Assembly (NCBI GenBank): GCA_965218695.1
Contig: OZ244651.1
Location: forward strand, 2,272,001-2,336,000
Source of the DNA: Nitrosopumilus sp.
GTDB taxonomy: Archaea; Thermoproteota; Nitrososphaeria; Nitrososphaerales; Nitrosopumilaceae
Length of the DNA stretch: 64,000 nt
Reading direction: 5' to 3'
Position numbers and translations under genes: made by a program. Position 1 is the first letter of the stretch, and each line of letters begins with the position of its first letter. Of this stretch, positions 49,537-59,917 are shown piece after piece. The notes beneath the pieces are model-generated. The model did no database searches, was not told where the DNA came from, and was given only the letters and a program-made list of their open reading frames with translations.

Positions 49537-49830
49537 TTATACGCCAAGGATCTTCTTGAGCATGGCCCGATAGTCCACGTCGCTCTTTCCGCTTCCCGCA
49601 GCGGGCAGCGCAAAGACCAGGGCGGATTTTTCCGTACGGAGCTCGGTCAGCTCGTCGCTGATCTTTTCTGTAATGTCGTCGCTGACCAGTACCAGCGCGA
49701 CGTCCGGGTCGTCAGTAAGCCTCCTGATCTCCCCGAGGGCAGTATCGGGGGTTTTGGTGATTACCCCGGGCACTCCTGCCAGCTGAAAACTGGTTACAAA
49801 CGACTTGCTGCCCACTGTCAGAACCCTCAC
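49537..49830 (-). CDS. atpF: A/V-type ATP synthase subunit F
   Basis: MRVLTVGSKSFVTSFQLAGV...MLKKILGV. Confidence 0.88.
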   Translation of the reverse strand: MRVLTVGSKSFVTSFQLAGVPGVITKTPDTALGEIRRLTDDPDVALVLVSDDITEKISDELTELRTEKSALVFALPAAGSGKSDVDYRAMLKKILGV

Positions 49831-50358
49831 GACTCCCACTCCTGTGCGTTCTAATTTAACCCTTTTTGGACTCGCGCCGACCCCGAAGGCTGCCATGCGC
49901 CTTCTCGTCCAGCCACGCGCCGGATGGAATCGCACCTTCTTGCGCGCACAGACTTTGGGTTCCAAGCGCGGCGGCTGCCGCCGGATCCGGCCTGCGGCTT
50001 AGTGCCAAGATGCAGGCAGCACGCAAAGATTGGTTAGGCCCCGTAGGACTGCATGCATCCGACGGTGCCGGCGGCGATCCGTCCAAAACCGCAAGGATCT
50101 GCCCCGCTGCCAGAAAAACCACGAGGGCCTGAATGCCGAACGAATCCCAAGGAGGAAGGGAATGCGGCGGGCATTCCTGCCGCGTATGATGAATCAGGGC
50201 AGTTGCCTCACCCGCAACAAAGGGATCGAATCCCACTTGCGAATTTCACGAGTTTCCCCGTTTTCGCTTTTGAAGCCTGACGGCCGTGCGGCAACCGAGG
50301 TCTGCCCGTAGATATAGGGACGGGGTGACTAATAGGTTTTTCATTCGGGAGGATGCGA

Positions 50359-51790
50359 TGTATAGTCCCGAAAGTTGTTCACCCCCCACATGAGGCTCCG
50401 GCCCGGGGTGGACATGCCCAATGAAGGACATTATCCGCGGCATGGCATCGCGTGCAAGATTACTGGGAAATGCAGTCAGCCTGTCCCTTACCAGAAACGA
50501 CGGTGTGTGGGTTTCCCGTCGGTGGAGACGCTCGGCCGTGTGGCGTCATATAGGAAGACGGAGAGTGCGAGTGATGAAAAAGCTTGACCAGTCCAAAGTC
50601 GAATGGATCATACAAGAAAAGCGCAAGAATTCCCGCAACAAAGAGATTGCAGCAAGCATGGGAGTGTCGGTCCGCTGGGTCCAAAAGCTGTGGAAGAGGT
50701 ACAGGGACAAGGATCGGATCGCGTATCCTGCTCCCATGGGCAGGCCCAAAAAGTGCGCGCCCGGGAGGCGGGATCATTCGGCGGTTTTATCGGCTGCGTC
50801 CACTGCAGTCCACGGGGCAGCGTCCCTGGAGCGCATCATAAAGTCGCTTACAGGAATACATATCCCACACAACGTCCTGCACAGGATATTGAAGGATGCC
50901 GATTTTGCAGACACCCAGCCAAGGAAGAGCCAGCGCCGCAAGTGGATCCGCTACGAGCGCGAGCACTCCAACTCGATGTGGCACACAGACTACAAACAGC
51001 TTGACGACGGCAGGTGGTTCCTGTGCTATGAAGACGACGCCTCGCGCTTCGTGACCGGATTTGGGGTATTTGAGGAGGCGACAACCGAAAACGCCCTGAA
51101 GGTGCTCGACGAGGCCATAAAAAATTACGGCAAGCCCGCATCGATCCTGACTGACCGCGGCGCCCAGTTCTATGCCACGGAATCCGAGGTCAAGAAGAAG
51201 GGAGCCTCCAGGTTCGAGCAGAGGCTAGTCGAGCTTGGAATCAGGCACATACTGGCGCGCGTGCGGCACCCCCAAACCAACGGCAAGCTGGAGCGCCTGC
51301 ACGGGGAGATGCAGCGCAAGCTGCGCCGGTTCGAGGCGGCATCTTCTGCCAAGACCAGGCGCGGCGCCTCAGGGGATTCCCACGTTGGAGGGCCGTTTTG
51401 CACCGCGCCAGCAAAGGATCCCGTGGAGCGGTTCATGGAGTGGTACAACCACGACCGGCCGCACATGTCCCTTGACTGGGACAACCTCGAGACCCCGGCG
51501 CAGGCATTCGAAAGAAAGATGCCCCCTGCAGGAGAGATGGTAGTGGACGGCCAGACCGGTGAGGAATACCGCGCAGAATAGCTGTCCGGCACGACGTCAC
51601 AACCGCGCCCCATCCTGGGGGATGTTGCGCACAATTTTTTGAAAGTCGTCATGCGTGGAGTGGAAATGACAAAAATTCATGATTCCGGACGCAGGATCCA
51701 ACACAAGACAATTATGCAACAGCCGGCAACATCAAACATGGAAGTACCTCCAAGTCTTGGAGGGGGGCGAACTACTTTCGGGATCCCACA
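50359..51790 (+). mobile_element. IS481-family element type B, copy 2 (1432 bp)
   Basis: Same ends as copy 1; perfect 15-bp TSD TTCGGGAGGATGCGA. Confidence 0.95.
50574..51581 (+). CDS. IS481-family transposase
   Basis: Protein identical to copy 1. Confidence 0.93.
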   Translation: MKKLDQSKVEWIIQEKRKNSRNKEIAASMGVSVRWVQKLWKRYRDKDRIAYPAPMGRPKKCAPGRRDHSAVLSAASTAVHGAASLERIIKSLTGIHIPHNVLHRILKDADFADTQPRKSQRRKWIRYEREHSNSMWHTDYKQLDDGRWFLCYEDDASRFVTGFGVFEEATTENALKVLDEAIKNYGKPASILTDRGAQFYATESEVKKKGASRFEQRLVELGIRHILARVRHPQTNGKLERLHGEMQRKLRRFEAASSAKTRRGASGDSHVGGPFCTAPAKDPVERFMEWYNHDRPHMSLDWDNLETPAQAFERKMPPAGEMVVDGQTGEEYRAE

Positions 51791-51816
51791 TTCGGGAGGA
51801 TGCGAGTCTGGATCCA

Positions 51817-51888
51817 GCACCGCGTGGACACGGCACCGCGTGGACACGGCACCGCGTGGACACGGCACCGCGTGGACACGACACCGCG
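51817..51888. repeat. 16-bp tandem repeat GCACCGCGTGGACACG x4.5
   Basis: Directly visible; no spacers. Confidence 0.92.
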
Positions 51889-51977
51889 CAGGCTGCAAAA
51901 TCAGCCCCATGCCAGAATCAGGCCCGGACACATCCGCCATAGGAAAGGTTGATTTAACCAGAGGGATCAGCAACATC

Positions 51978-52283
51978 ATGACTGACATTGATGCCCAGAA
52001 GGACGTCTACCTCTTCCTGCACGGAAGGATGGACCTCAGGGAAAAGGCAGCAGCTGCCCTTGCCACAAAAGGCTTTGCCGCAGACAAGATAGTCATGGCA
52101 ATGCCAGACAAGGTCGGGAAGGTGGGCGACTACATGGCAATGCTGTGGATGCCGCCAAATCCGGATCATATCAAGATCCAGCAGATTACGGGAGTCATCG
52201 ACGTGGAGCCAGAAGGCATGATCGGCCTCTGGAAGGGCGTCTCAAAGGATGACATAGACCAGGTTCCCCTTGGGGCTAGCTAG
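51978..52283 (+). CDS. Hypothetical protein
   Basis: MTDIDAQKDVYLFLHGRMDLREKA...; the longer ORF-track N-terminus is IS/repeat read-through. Confidence 0.7.
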   Translation: MTDIDAQKDVYLFLHGRMDLREKAAAALATKGFAADKIVMAMPDKVGKVGDYMAMLWMPPNPDHIKIQQITGVIDVEPEGMIGLWKGVSKDDIDQVPLGAS

Positions 52284-52295
52284 CTAGCTAGCTGG

Positions 52296-52547
52296 CTAAC
52301 TGAATCCCGCACCAAACTCGTTTCCTTTTTCCAGCACGTTACCTGATTCGGTGCTCCTGAGCTTTCTGTACAGCAGCGTCTCATAGACCAGCTTCATTGC
52401 AGCCTCGTCATCAAGATTGCAGTCGCTCTTCACCTGGTTCCGGTACTTTGCAAGCACCGCAACGTCATGCTCGTCGGCAGAGACGTGGTCATGAACCATT
52501 AGGTTGGCAATCTTTTCTATCTCGGCATTCAACAGATCATCATCCAT
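52296..52547 (-). CDS. Hypothetical protein
   Basis: Coherent ORF ending FGAGFS. Confidence 0.65.
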   Translation of the reverse strand: MDDDLLNAEIEKIANLMVHDHVSADEHDVAVLAKYRNQVKSDCNLDDEAAMKLVYETLLYRKLRSTESGNVLEKGNEFGAGFS

Positions 52548-52595
52548 GACAGTCCTCAGAATTCCGGGTTATTAACAGATTCTGTCAGAGGCAGG

Positions 52596-52898
52596 TTACA
52601 GGTCAGATACCAGCCCCAGTACAAAGTCGTAAAACTCATCATCAGAAAAGGTGATCCTCTCAACGACGCCTGTCCCCTCCATGGCAAGCCTTGCAGCATC
52701 CAGATGGTAGCAGGCCGGCCTCCCATGCATGTTGGCAAAGTAGAATCCCGGACACGAGCAGTAGCCTGCCTCGGGGTTTATCCAGCGCTCCTTTCTGCCC
52801 ACGACGGTCCAGACTCGCCTGTTGCTTGGCTCAAAGACGTGCATCTTTACCCTCCTTTGGGACACGATGGACTCGGCCTTTTTGGAATCCCTGCTCAC
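52596..52898 (-). CDS. SWIM zinc-finger protein
   Basis: YCSCPGF...CYH. Confidence 0.85.
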   Translation of the reverse strand: MSRDSKKAESIVSQRRVKMHVFEPSNRRVWTVVGRKERWINPEAGYCSCPGFYFANMHGRPACYHLDAARLAMEGTGVVERITFSDDEFYDFVLGLVSDL

Positions 52899-52929
52899 AA
52901 GTGTTTAATCGTGGGCGTACGGTATAACC

Positions 52930-53682
52930 TTGATGTCCCAGACAAGGATCGTTCCAGGCAAGCCGGCCCTGATTCTGGAGGGTCAGAAGAGGACCCTGAT
53001 AGTCTCAGACATCCACATAGGGTTTGAAGGCAACATGGCTGCAAACAACATCTTTGTGGGGAAAAACTCCACCATAAACCAGACGATACAGGAGGTGTCA
53101 GGCATGATAGATGCAGAGAGGCCGGATTCGGTGGTGCTGCTGGGGGACATAAAGTCAACCATCAGGGGCATCTCGAGGAGCGAGTGGGAGGAGGTTCCAA
53201 GGTTTCTTGATGAGATCAAGGCAAAGTGCGATGTGGTGGTGGTTCCTGGAAACCACGATGCAAACATCCAGAGGCTGGTCCCTGACGGCGTCACCATGAT
53301 CAGCCAGACAGGGATGGTCGAGGAGAACATCCTGCTGACCCACGGACACACGATGCCTTCTGGGAAGTTCTCGCACGTGGACGGGATCATCATGGGCCAC
53401 CTGCACCCGGTGTTCTTTGAGGAGGGATCGGTGGTCAACGGACAGAGGGTCTGGGTGTCCATAATGGCGCAAAAGGAGTGCATATTCCCGGACAGGTCAG
53501 GCCCGATGGAGATAATCGTCATGCCCTCGTTCAACAGGTACTTTTATGCGACACACAGGGGCGGACACAGAAGATCAATCTCGCCCATCATCGACAGGCT
53601 CGAGGGGTCGATCAGGGCAAGGATAGCGACCCTTGACGGAACCATAATAGGAAACGAGTCGGCCATCGGCCAGGTGCTATAG
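52930..53682 (+). CDS. Calcineurin-like metallophosphoesterase
   Basis: SDIHIG, LGD, PGNHD, THGH, GHLHP. Confidence 0.9.
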   Translation: MMSQTRIVPGKPALILEGQKRTLIVSDIHIGFEGNMAANNIFVGKNSTINQTIQEVSGMIDAERPDSVVLLGDIKSTIRGISRSEWEEVPRFLDEIKAKCDVVVVPGNHDANIQRLVPDGVTMISQTGMVEENILLTHGHTMPSGKFSHVDGIIMGHLHPVFFEEGSVVNGQRVWVSIMAQKECIFPDRSGPMEIIVMPSFNRYFYATHRGGHRRSISPIIDRLEGSIRARIATLDGTIIGNESAIGQVL

Positions 53683-53716
53683 CAGGACATGCCGCCCGCA
53701 GATTCCAAGATATTTT

Positions 53717-56700
53717 TTAGTCGAGCCTGTCGTATGGCTCGATGGGCTCCCTTGTGGTCTGGTTTGTCTTGAGCCACTCCAGCGTGTTTACAAACGACTC
53801 TGCAAGCTCGATCGTAGTCAGCACCGGAACGCCAAGCTCCAGGGACTTTCTCCTGATCTGGTACTCGTCTTCGAGCATCCCGACGTACTTTTCAAGCGTG
53901 GAGGTGCTTGGGATGTTTATGATAAAGTCTATGGTCCTCTCGTAGAGAAGATCCGCGATGTTGGGCTTCCTGTCAGGCTCGGATATCTTGTGTACAGTCT
54001 CCACGTCCCCGATCCTCTCCTGGAGAAACTCTGCAGTGTGCTCTGTGGCCAGGATCCGGAACCCCAGATCCCTGAGCTTGGCAACGGTTGCAACAAGGGC
54101 CTTCTTGTTCTGCACGCCGCCCACGGTTACGAGGGCCGCGCCGCTCTTGGGCAGGTTGTAGCCCACCGAGGTGAGCCCCTTGGAGAGGGCATCATAAAAG
54201 CTGTTTCCAAAGCACGCTGCCTCCCCTGTCGACTGCATCTCCACTCCCAGCGTGATGTCTGCCCCCTCAAGCTGCATGAACGAGAACTGCGGGACCTTGA
54301 TTCCGTAGTTGGTTATCTTTTGCCACTTGTTCTCGGGTATCGCAGGCAACGGCATGCCCAGAATCGCCTTGGATGCAAGGGATATCAGGTTGGTCCGGAC
54401 AAGCTTTGAGACAAACGGCATGGAGCGCGAGGCCCGGATGTTAAGCTCGATGACGTACACGTGGTCGTCGTGGATGAGAAACTGCAGGTTGAACGGGCCG
54501 CGCACGTTGAAGGTCAGGGCTATCTTTTTTGCATACTCGTTTATCGTCTCGACTATCTTGTTGCTCAGGCGCCACGGCGGGATGCACATCATTGCGTCGC
54601 CGGAGTGGACCCCGGCACTGTCAATGTGCTCGACTATCGCGCCTATCACTACGCGGCTCCCGTCGCAGACCCCGTCAACGTCCACCTCGAGGGAGTCGAG
54701 CATGAACTTGGATATCACCACGGGATGATCCGGCGAGACGTCGGTGGCCTCCTTGACGTACCTCTTCAGCTCGGCCTGTGACCAGACCGCCTTCATGGCC
54801 GCACCTGACAGGACGTACGAGGGACGGACTATCACGGGGAATCCCACGTCCTGTGCAAAGGATCTTGCCTCGTTCAGGCTCAGAAACTCCTGCCACCGCG
54901 GCTGCTGTATGTGGAGCTTGTCAAGCTCTCCGCTGAACCTTGAGCGGTTCTCTGCCATGTCCACATCACGCGCGCTTGTGCCCAGTATGGGCACGCCGTG
55001 CTCGGCGAGCCCGAGCGTGAGGTTGTTGGCAGTCTGTCCCCCGACACACGTGATGACGCCCTTTGGGTTCTCAAACTCGGTAATGTCCAGGATCCTCTCC
55101 TGGGTCAGCTCCTCAAAGTACAGCCTGGTGCATATGTCATAGTCAGTAGACACCGTCTCGGGATTGCAGTTGACCACGGAGACGTTCTTCTCCCCGTTCT
55201 CCTGGAGTCCCCAGACCATGTTGACTGTTCCCCAGTCAAACTCCACGCTGCTTCCTATCCGGTACGGCCCGGCACCGACTACGACTATTCCCTTCTCGTC
55301 AGGCGATACCCTGATGTCAGAAGAGTCCCCCCCGTACGTCATGTACAGGTAGTTGGTCACGGCAGGCCACTCTGCTGCAAGCGTGTCTATCTGCTTTACA
55401 GACGGCAGCACGCCAAGCCTTTTGCGCAGGGCGCGCACCGAATCCTGCGTGCTGTCCTGTGCACGCGCAATCTGCTTGTCGGCAAACCCCATCCTCTTTG
55501 CACTCCAGAGAAGGCCCGCATCAAGATCCCGGGACCCGAGGGCATCCCCCATGGCCACGATGTTCTTTATCTTTTCAATGAACCACGGATCTATCGCAGA
55601 CAGGTGGTAGATTCGGTCCACCGGTATGCCCATCCTCAGCGCAACGGCCACGTGGTACAGTATGGAGTCGTCATGGTGCGAGAGTTTCTCCTCTATCTCC
55701 TCCTCGTCGTACGTTTTGCCATTCTCCCGGTTCAGGACCAGCCCGTCGCGTCCGATGTCAAGCATGCGTATTGACTTTTGCAGTGACTCCTCAAACGTTC
55801 GGCCTACTGCCATCACCTCGCCTACGGACTTCATCGTGGGGCCAAGCCTCCTGTTGGCAAGCTCAAACTTTGAAAAGTCCCACCGCGGATGCTTGCACAC
55901 CACGTAGTCAAGGGACGGCTCAAAGCAGGCAGTGGTGCTCTTTGTGATTCGGTTGACCAGCTCAGACAGGTTGTAGCCGAGGCCTATCTTGGCAGACATG
56001 TACGCAAGGGGGTATCCTGTGGCCTTGCTTGCAAGGGCAGAGGAGCGCGAAAGGCGGGGGTTTATCTCGATTGCGACATATCTGTCCGAGTCGGGCGCCA
56101 GGGCATACTGTATGTTGCACTCCCCCACGATCCTGACATGCTTTGTGGCGCGCAGGGCAGCCGAGCGCAGCATGTGGTACTCGTGGTTGTCAATTGTCTG
56201 GGACGGGGCAACCACTATGTTGTCCCCCGTGTGCACCCGCATGGAGAGGACGTTTTCCATGTTGCAGACGACTATGTTGTTTCCGTCATAGTCCTGCATC
56301 ACCTCGTACTCTATCTGCTTCCAGTCCCCGATGTACTCCTCTATGAGCACCTGGCCTACCAGGCTTGCCTTGATGCCGCGCTCCACTATCTCGTACAGCT
56401 CGATCTCGTTGTGCGCCACTCCCCCGCCCCTGCCTCCAAGGGTGTAGGCCACACGAATAATCACAGGGTAGGACAGCGCCTCTGCGGCATTCTTGGCGTC
56501 TGCAAAGTTTGTGACCGTCCTGCTCTTGAGCACAGGCATCCCTATCCCGGTCATCGCATCCTTGAAGAGCTGCCGGTCCTCGGTCCTTTGGATCCCCTCT
56601 ACCTGGGTTCCAAGAACGCCGACGCCGTACTTTTGCAGTATGCCGGACTCGGAGAGCCTTACGCCGCAGTTCAGCGCAGTCTGCCCGCCGTATGCCAGCA

Positions 56701-56980
56701 TTATGCCGTCTGGCCTCTCCTTCTCTATGATCGATTCCACATACTCGGGAGTTACGGGAAGAAGGTACACCTGGTCTGCAAACCTGGTGTCAGTCTGAAT
56801 GGTGGCTATGTTCGGGTTGATAAGCACACTCTTCAGTCCGTCCTCACGTATTGCCTTGAGGCACTGGCTACCGGAGTAGTCAAATTGACGGTCGTTTTAG
56901 CGACTCTCGCCGGCTTCTCCGATTTTTATTGCCCCACTGCCCAGTACAAGAATCTTCCTTAGCGACTCATTCTTTGGCAG
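53717..56980 (-). CDS. carB: Carbamoyl-phosphate synthase large subunit, interrupted by a 21-nt putative intron
   Basis: PKNESLRKILVLGSGAIKIGEAGE|FDYSGSQCLKA...INPNIATIQTD; two ATP-grasp domains plus MGS domain; probable CTG start after GGAGGAGG. Confidence 0.93.
56885..56905 (-). other. Putative bulge-helix-bulge (tRNA-type) intron in carB mRNA
   Basis: GGCG-AG^A-GUCG-CUAAAA-CGAC-CGUC-AA^U; excision gives GGC GAG UUU GAC (GEFD). Confidence 0.85.
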
Positions 56981-58130
56981 AACATCCCTCCTCCTCTTCC
57001 ATAAGGCCTTTGAGCTCTTCAAAGACGAACCTGCAGTCGTACGGGCCTGGCGCGGCCTCGGGATGAAACTGCACAGCAATGCAGCTGCGCGTCTTGTGCC
57101 TTATCCCCTCGACTGTATTGTCGTCTGCGTTTGTAAACCACAAGTCAAACTCGGAACCCTCAAGGGACTCCGGTGTTATGCCGTAGCCATGGTTCTGGCT
57201 TGTGACATATACCTGGTTGTTATCCAGGTTGAGGCACGGCTTGTTCTGTCCCCGGTGCCCGTACTTTAGCTTGTATGTAGCGGCGTTTCCTGCAATTCCC
57301 ATTATCTGCGCACCCAGACATATTCCAAGGGTCGGAACGTCATTGCGTATCAGCTGCCGTACGGTGTCGATGGTCTCTGGACACCTCTGCGGATCCCCCG
57401 GGCCGCTGCTCAGCACCACGCCCCGCGGCCGGTATGACATTACCGTCTCGTACGGGGTGTTCCACGGGAGAAGTACTGCGCGGTATCCTATGTTGCGTAT
57501 GTTTCTCAGTATCGCGTTCTTTGCACCTGTGTCAATCACCACCACGCACTCGGACTCATCCCCGTAGGTCTTTGCCTGCCTTGTGGATACGGCATCCATG
57601 AACTGCTCAGAGCCGTAGTGCGCAGCAGACGCCAGGCCTTCTTGCACCTGCTTGACGTCTATCTCAGAGTCAGAGACTGCAAGTGCTGCCATCATCACGC
57701 CGCCGGTTCTGAGCTTTTTGGTAAGCTGGCGCGTGTCTATTCCAGATATTCCCGGGATTCCCTCCCTGTGCATCCATTGGTCAAGCGTCATGAAGAGGTT
57801 CCAATGGCTTGCGACAAGGGACAGCTCGTGGACCACCAGCCCCCGGACCTGTATCCGGTCAGACTCGAAGAACCTGGGGATTCCGTCGGCATCAACTGCG
57901 CCGGGATCCGGAACGCCATAGTTTCCAACCAGGGGGTACGTGAGTGTCAGGATCTGGCCGTTATACGAGGGATCAGTCAGCGCCTCGGGGTACCCGACCA
58001 TCCCGGTATTGAATACAATCTCGCCAAACCCTGTCGTGGAGCCGCCAAACCCATTACCGTCAAGAGCGGTCCCGTCGTCAAAAACCAGCTTTCCGAACTT
58101 TTGTGCGTGGTTTGATCTTTTTATAGTAAT
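56967..58130 (-). CDS. carA: Carbamoyl-phosphate synthase small subunit
   Basis: GEIVFNTGMVGY, TDPSY, LGICLG, QFHPE; conserved N-terminus extends upstream of the first ATG, so the start is uncertain (ATT/ATA). Confidence 0.92.
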   Translation of the reverse strand: MTIKRSNHAQKFGKLVFDDGTALDGNGFGGSTTGFGEIVFNTGMVGYPEALTDPSYNGQILTLTYPLVGNYGVPDPGAVDADGIPRFFESDRIQVRGLVVHELSLVASHWNLFMTLDQWMHREGIPGISGIDTRQLTKKLRTGGVMMAALAVSDSEIDVKQVQEGLASAAHYGSEQFMDAVSTRQAKTYGDESECVVVIDTGAKNAILRNIRNIGYRAVLLPWNTPYETVMSYRPRGVVLSSGPGDPQRCPETIDTVRQLIRNDVPTLGICLGAQIMGIAGNAATYKLKYGHRGQNKPCLNLDNNQVYVTSQNHGYGITPESLEGSEFDLWFTNADDNTVEGIRHKTRSCIAVQFHPEAAPGPYDCRFVFEELKGLMEEEEGCSAKE

Positions 58131-58192
58131 TTTAACCCTCGTTGAGTCCGCAATAATGTGAATTTAAGTTTTATGCCCGGGTTGCCGGCTTC

Positions 58193-59251
58193 TGTTGTAC
58201 AAAAATTAGTTCCGCCCAAGATCAAGCGAACCATGAAGGGTTGCTTGATGATGCTGTACCGCCCGCATCGTGTGAAGAGGACGAGGCTGACCGAGAATGC
58301 AGTCAGATACGCCATACGACGGCAGCAGCAGAAAGGCGAGAATCCCTCAAAGATAGCAGCAGAACTCGGCATGATCCCGGGATACGTGAGAATCCTGTGG
58401 GCCAGTCTCCAGAATACCGGCAGGATCCCGGTTCCGCGCAAGGCGGGACGTCCAAAAGGAACGATTACGCAAGACGCCGTCAGAACCGTGCTGGAGTGGC
58501 ACGGCAGGATGCCTGCAGGCGTGGTGCGCCCCGCCCGACGCCTCAAGGCAGCCAATCAAGGCAGCCAATCAAGGCATAAGCTACGGCGCAGCATACCACC
58601 ATGAAGTCAGAGAACGTGGCAACGCCTTCCCCTGCAAGATCAGGACGTCGCAGGCGGGCGCGATGCGAGCGCAGGTACTCCAATGCGATGCGGCACGTGG
58701 ACCGGCACCAGACCAAGGATCCGCGCCTGAAGGGGCTCAACCCCATAGCGTCTCCGGATGACGCATCCGGGCGCATATCGTGATTTGGCGTGTTCCAGGA
58801 CGCAACCTCAGAATGCCACGCCGGTACTGCGCAAGGCGATGCGCGAGTACGGAGCCCCCGCACAGATGCTGTCTGACAACGGCAGGTGCCTTGCCGCAGG
58901 CAGGATGGGCAGCGGCCCAAGGAAGAGGGGAATCCTACCACGTTCGAGCAGAATCTACTTGACGACGGCATCTTGCCGATAACCACCCGGGCCACACCGC
59001 CCCCGGACCAACGAAGAGATCGAGCGGTTCTTCCGGACATTCGAGGAGGAGTTTGTCCGCTTTGACAGGGCAGGTGAGTTCATGGAGTTCTACAATGAGC
59101 AAAGGACTCGCTCGTCACCTGACCTGAAACATGCCGAGACGCCTCCGAGGGCATTCCACAACAGAAAAGTGCCACATGAGATCAGGAGAGGCAACCCAAA
59201 TGGAGTGAGGGGGGTGCCAATGACTAGCGGAACTGATTTCCACATGATACA
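58193..59251 (+). pseudogene. Degenerate IS481-family element
   Basis: TGTTGTACAAAAATTAGTTCC left end and GGAACTGATTTCC...ACA right end; fragmented motifs (ERRYSNAM, DDASG, LSDNG, IERFFRTF); a 13-bp duplication near 58545-58575 shifts the frame. Confidence 0.85.
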
Positions 59252-59293
59252 AACCCCACACACACAATAAAACGTTAATACCAGTACCGCGTA

Positions 59294-59917
59294 ATGTGCT
59301 TATTGAACATTTCCAAGATGGATGAGATAATTCTGTCATGTCTCTCCAAGGATGCGAAAATTTCCACCAAGGAAATCGTGATTGAATTCAAGCGTAACGG
59401 CATAACCCGCACTGAGCGGGCTGTCTTGGGAAGAATTCATAGACTGGAACAGGAGGGGATCATCTCTGGGTATACGCTAAAGACCAAACCCCAAAACTAC
59501 GAGGGGAAGATCATCCGATTCGTACTGATATCCTTCAAGACGTCTGAACTGTTCGAGGAACGCGTGGCAATGTTCACAAACTATCTTCATGATGCCCCCT
59601 TTGCTGCCCTTGCAGCCAGGACCAGGGGGGAGTACGACTGGATCAACGTCAAGATCTTCCCAAATACAAAGGTGGCAAACATGGAGAGCGACTCTTTCAG
59701 AACTCTGTTTGGAGACATCATAGACAAGTACATGGCGTTTGACCTGACTCCGATCAAGGGACCGGATTTTGTTCGTGCCGTAAATTACACGATAAGGGAA
59801 TTTTATGAATTTGTAGAAAAATGCATAGGGGTTACTGCCGTAAAAGAAGAAATTTCTTTGAAAGACGTACCTCAGGGAAATAAATACGTCTCAAAGAGCA
59901 ATCTGGAGACAAATTAG
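59294..59917 (+). CDS. Lrp/AsnC-family transcriptional regulator
   Basis: DEIILSCLSKDAK...RIHRLEQEGIISGYT...RGEYD. Confidence 0.85.
   Translation: MCLLNISKMDEIILSCLSKDAKISTKEIVIEFKRNGITRTERAVLGRIHRLEQEGIISGYTLKTKPQNYEGKIIRFVLISFKTSELFEERVAMFTNYLHDAPFAALAARTRGEYDWINVKIFPNTKVANMESDSFRTLFGDIIDKYMAFDLTPIKGPDFVRAVNYTIREFYEFVEKCIGVTAVKEEISLKDVPQGNKYVSKSNLETN

Noticed and set aside
49860-50340. RNase P/SRP RNA or other structured RNA upstream of atpF
   Set aside because: No GAGGAAAGUCC or SRP helix-8 motif found; more likely decayed mobile DNA, which I cannot assign
51817-51888. Possible mini-CRISPR
   Set aside because: Head-to-tail repeats with no spacers
56897-56899. carB as a pseudogene or stop-codon read-through
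   Set aside because: Read-through would leave 7 extra residues in an invariant motif, and the rest of the gene is intact; BHB excision restores it exactly
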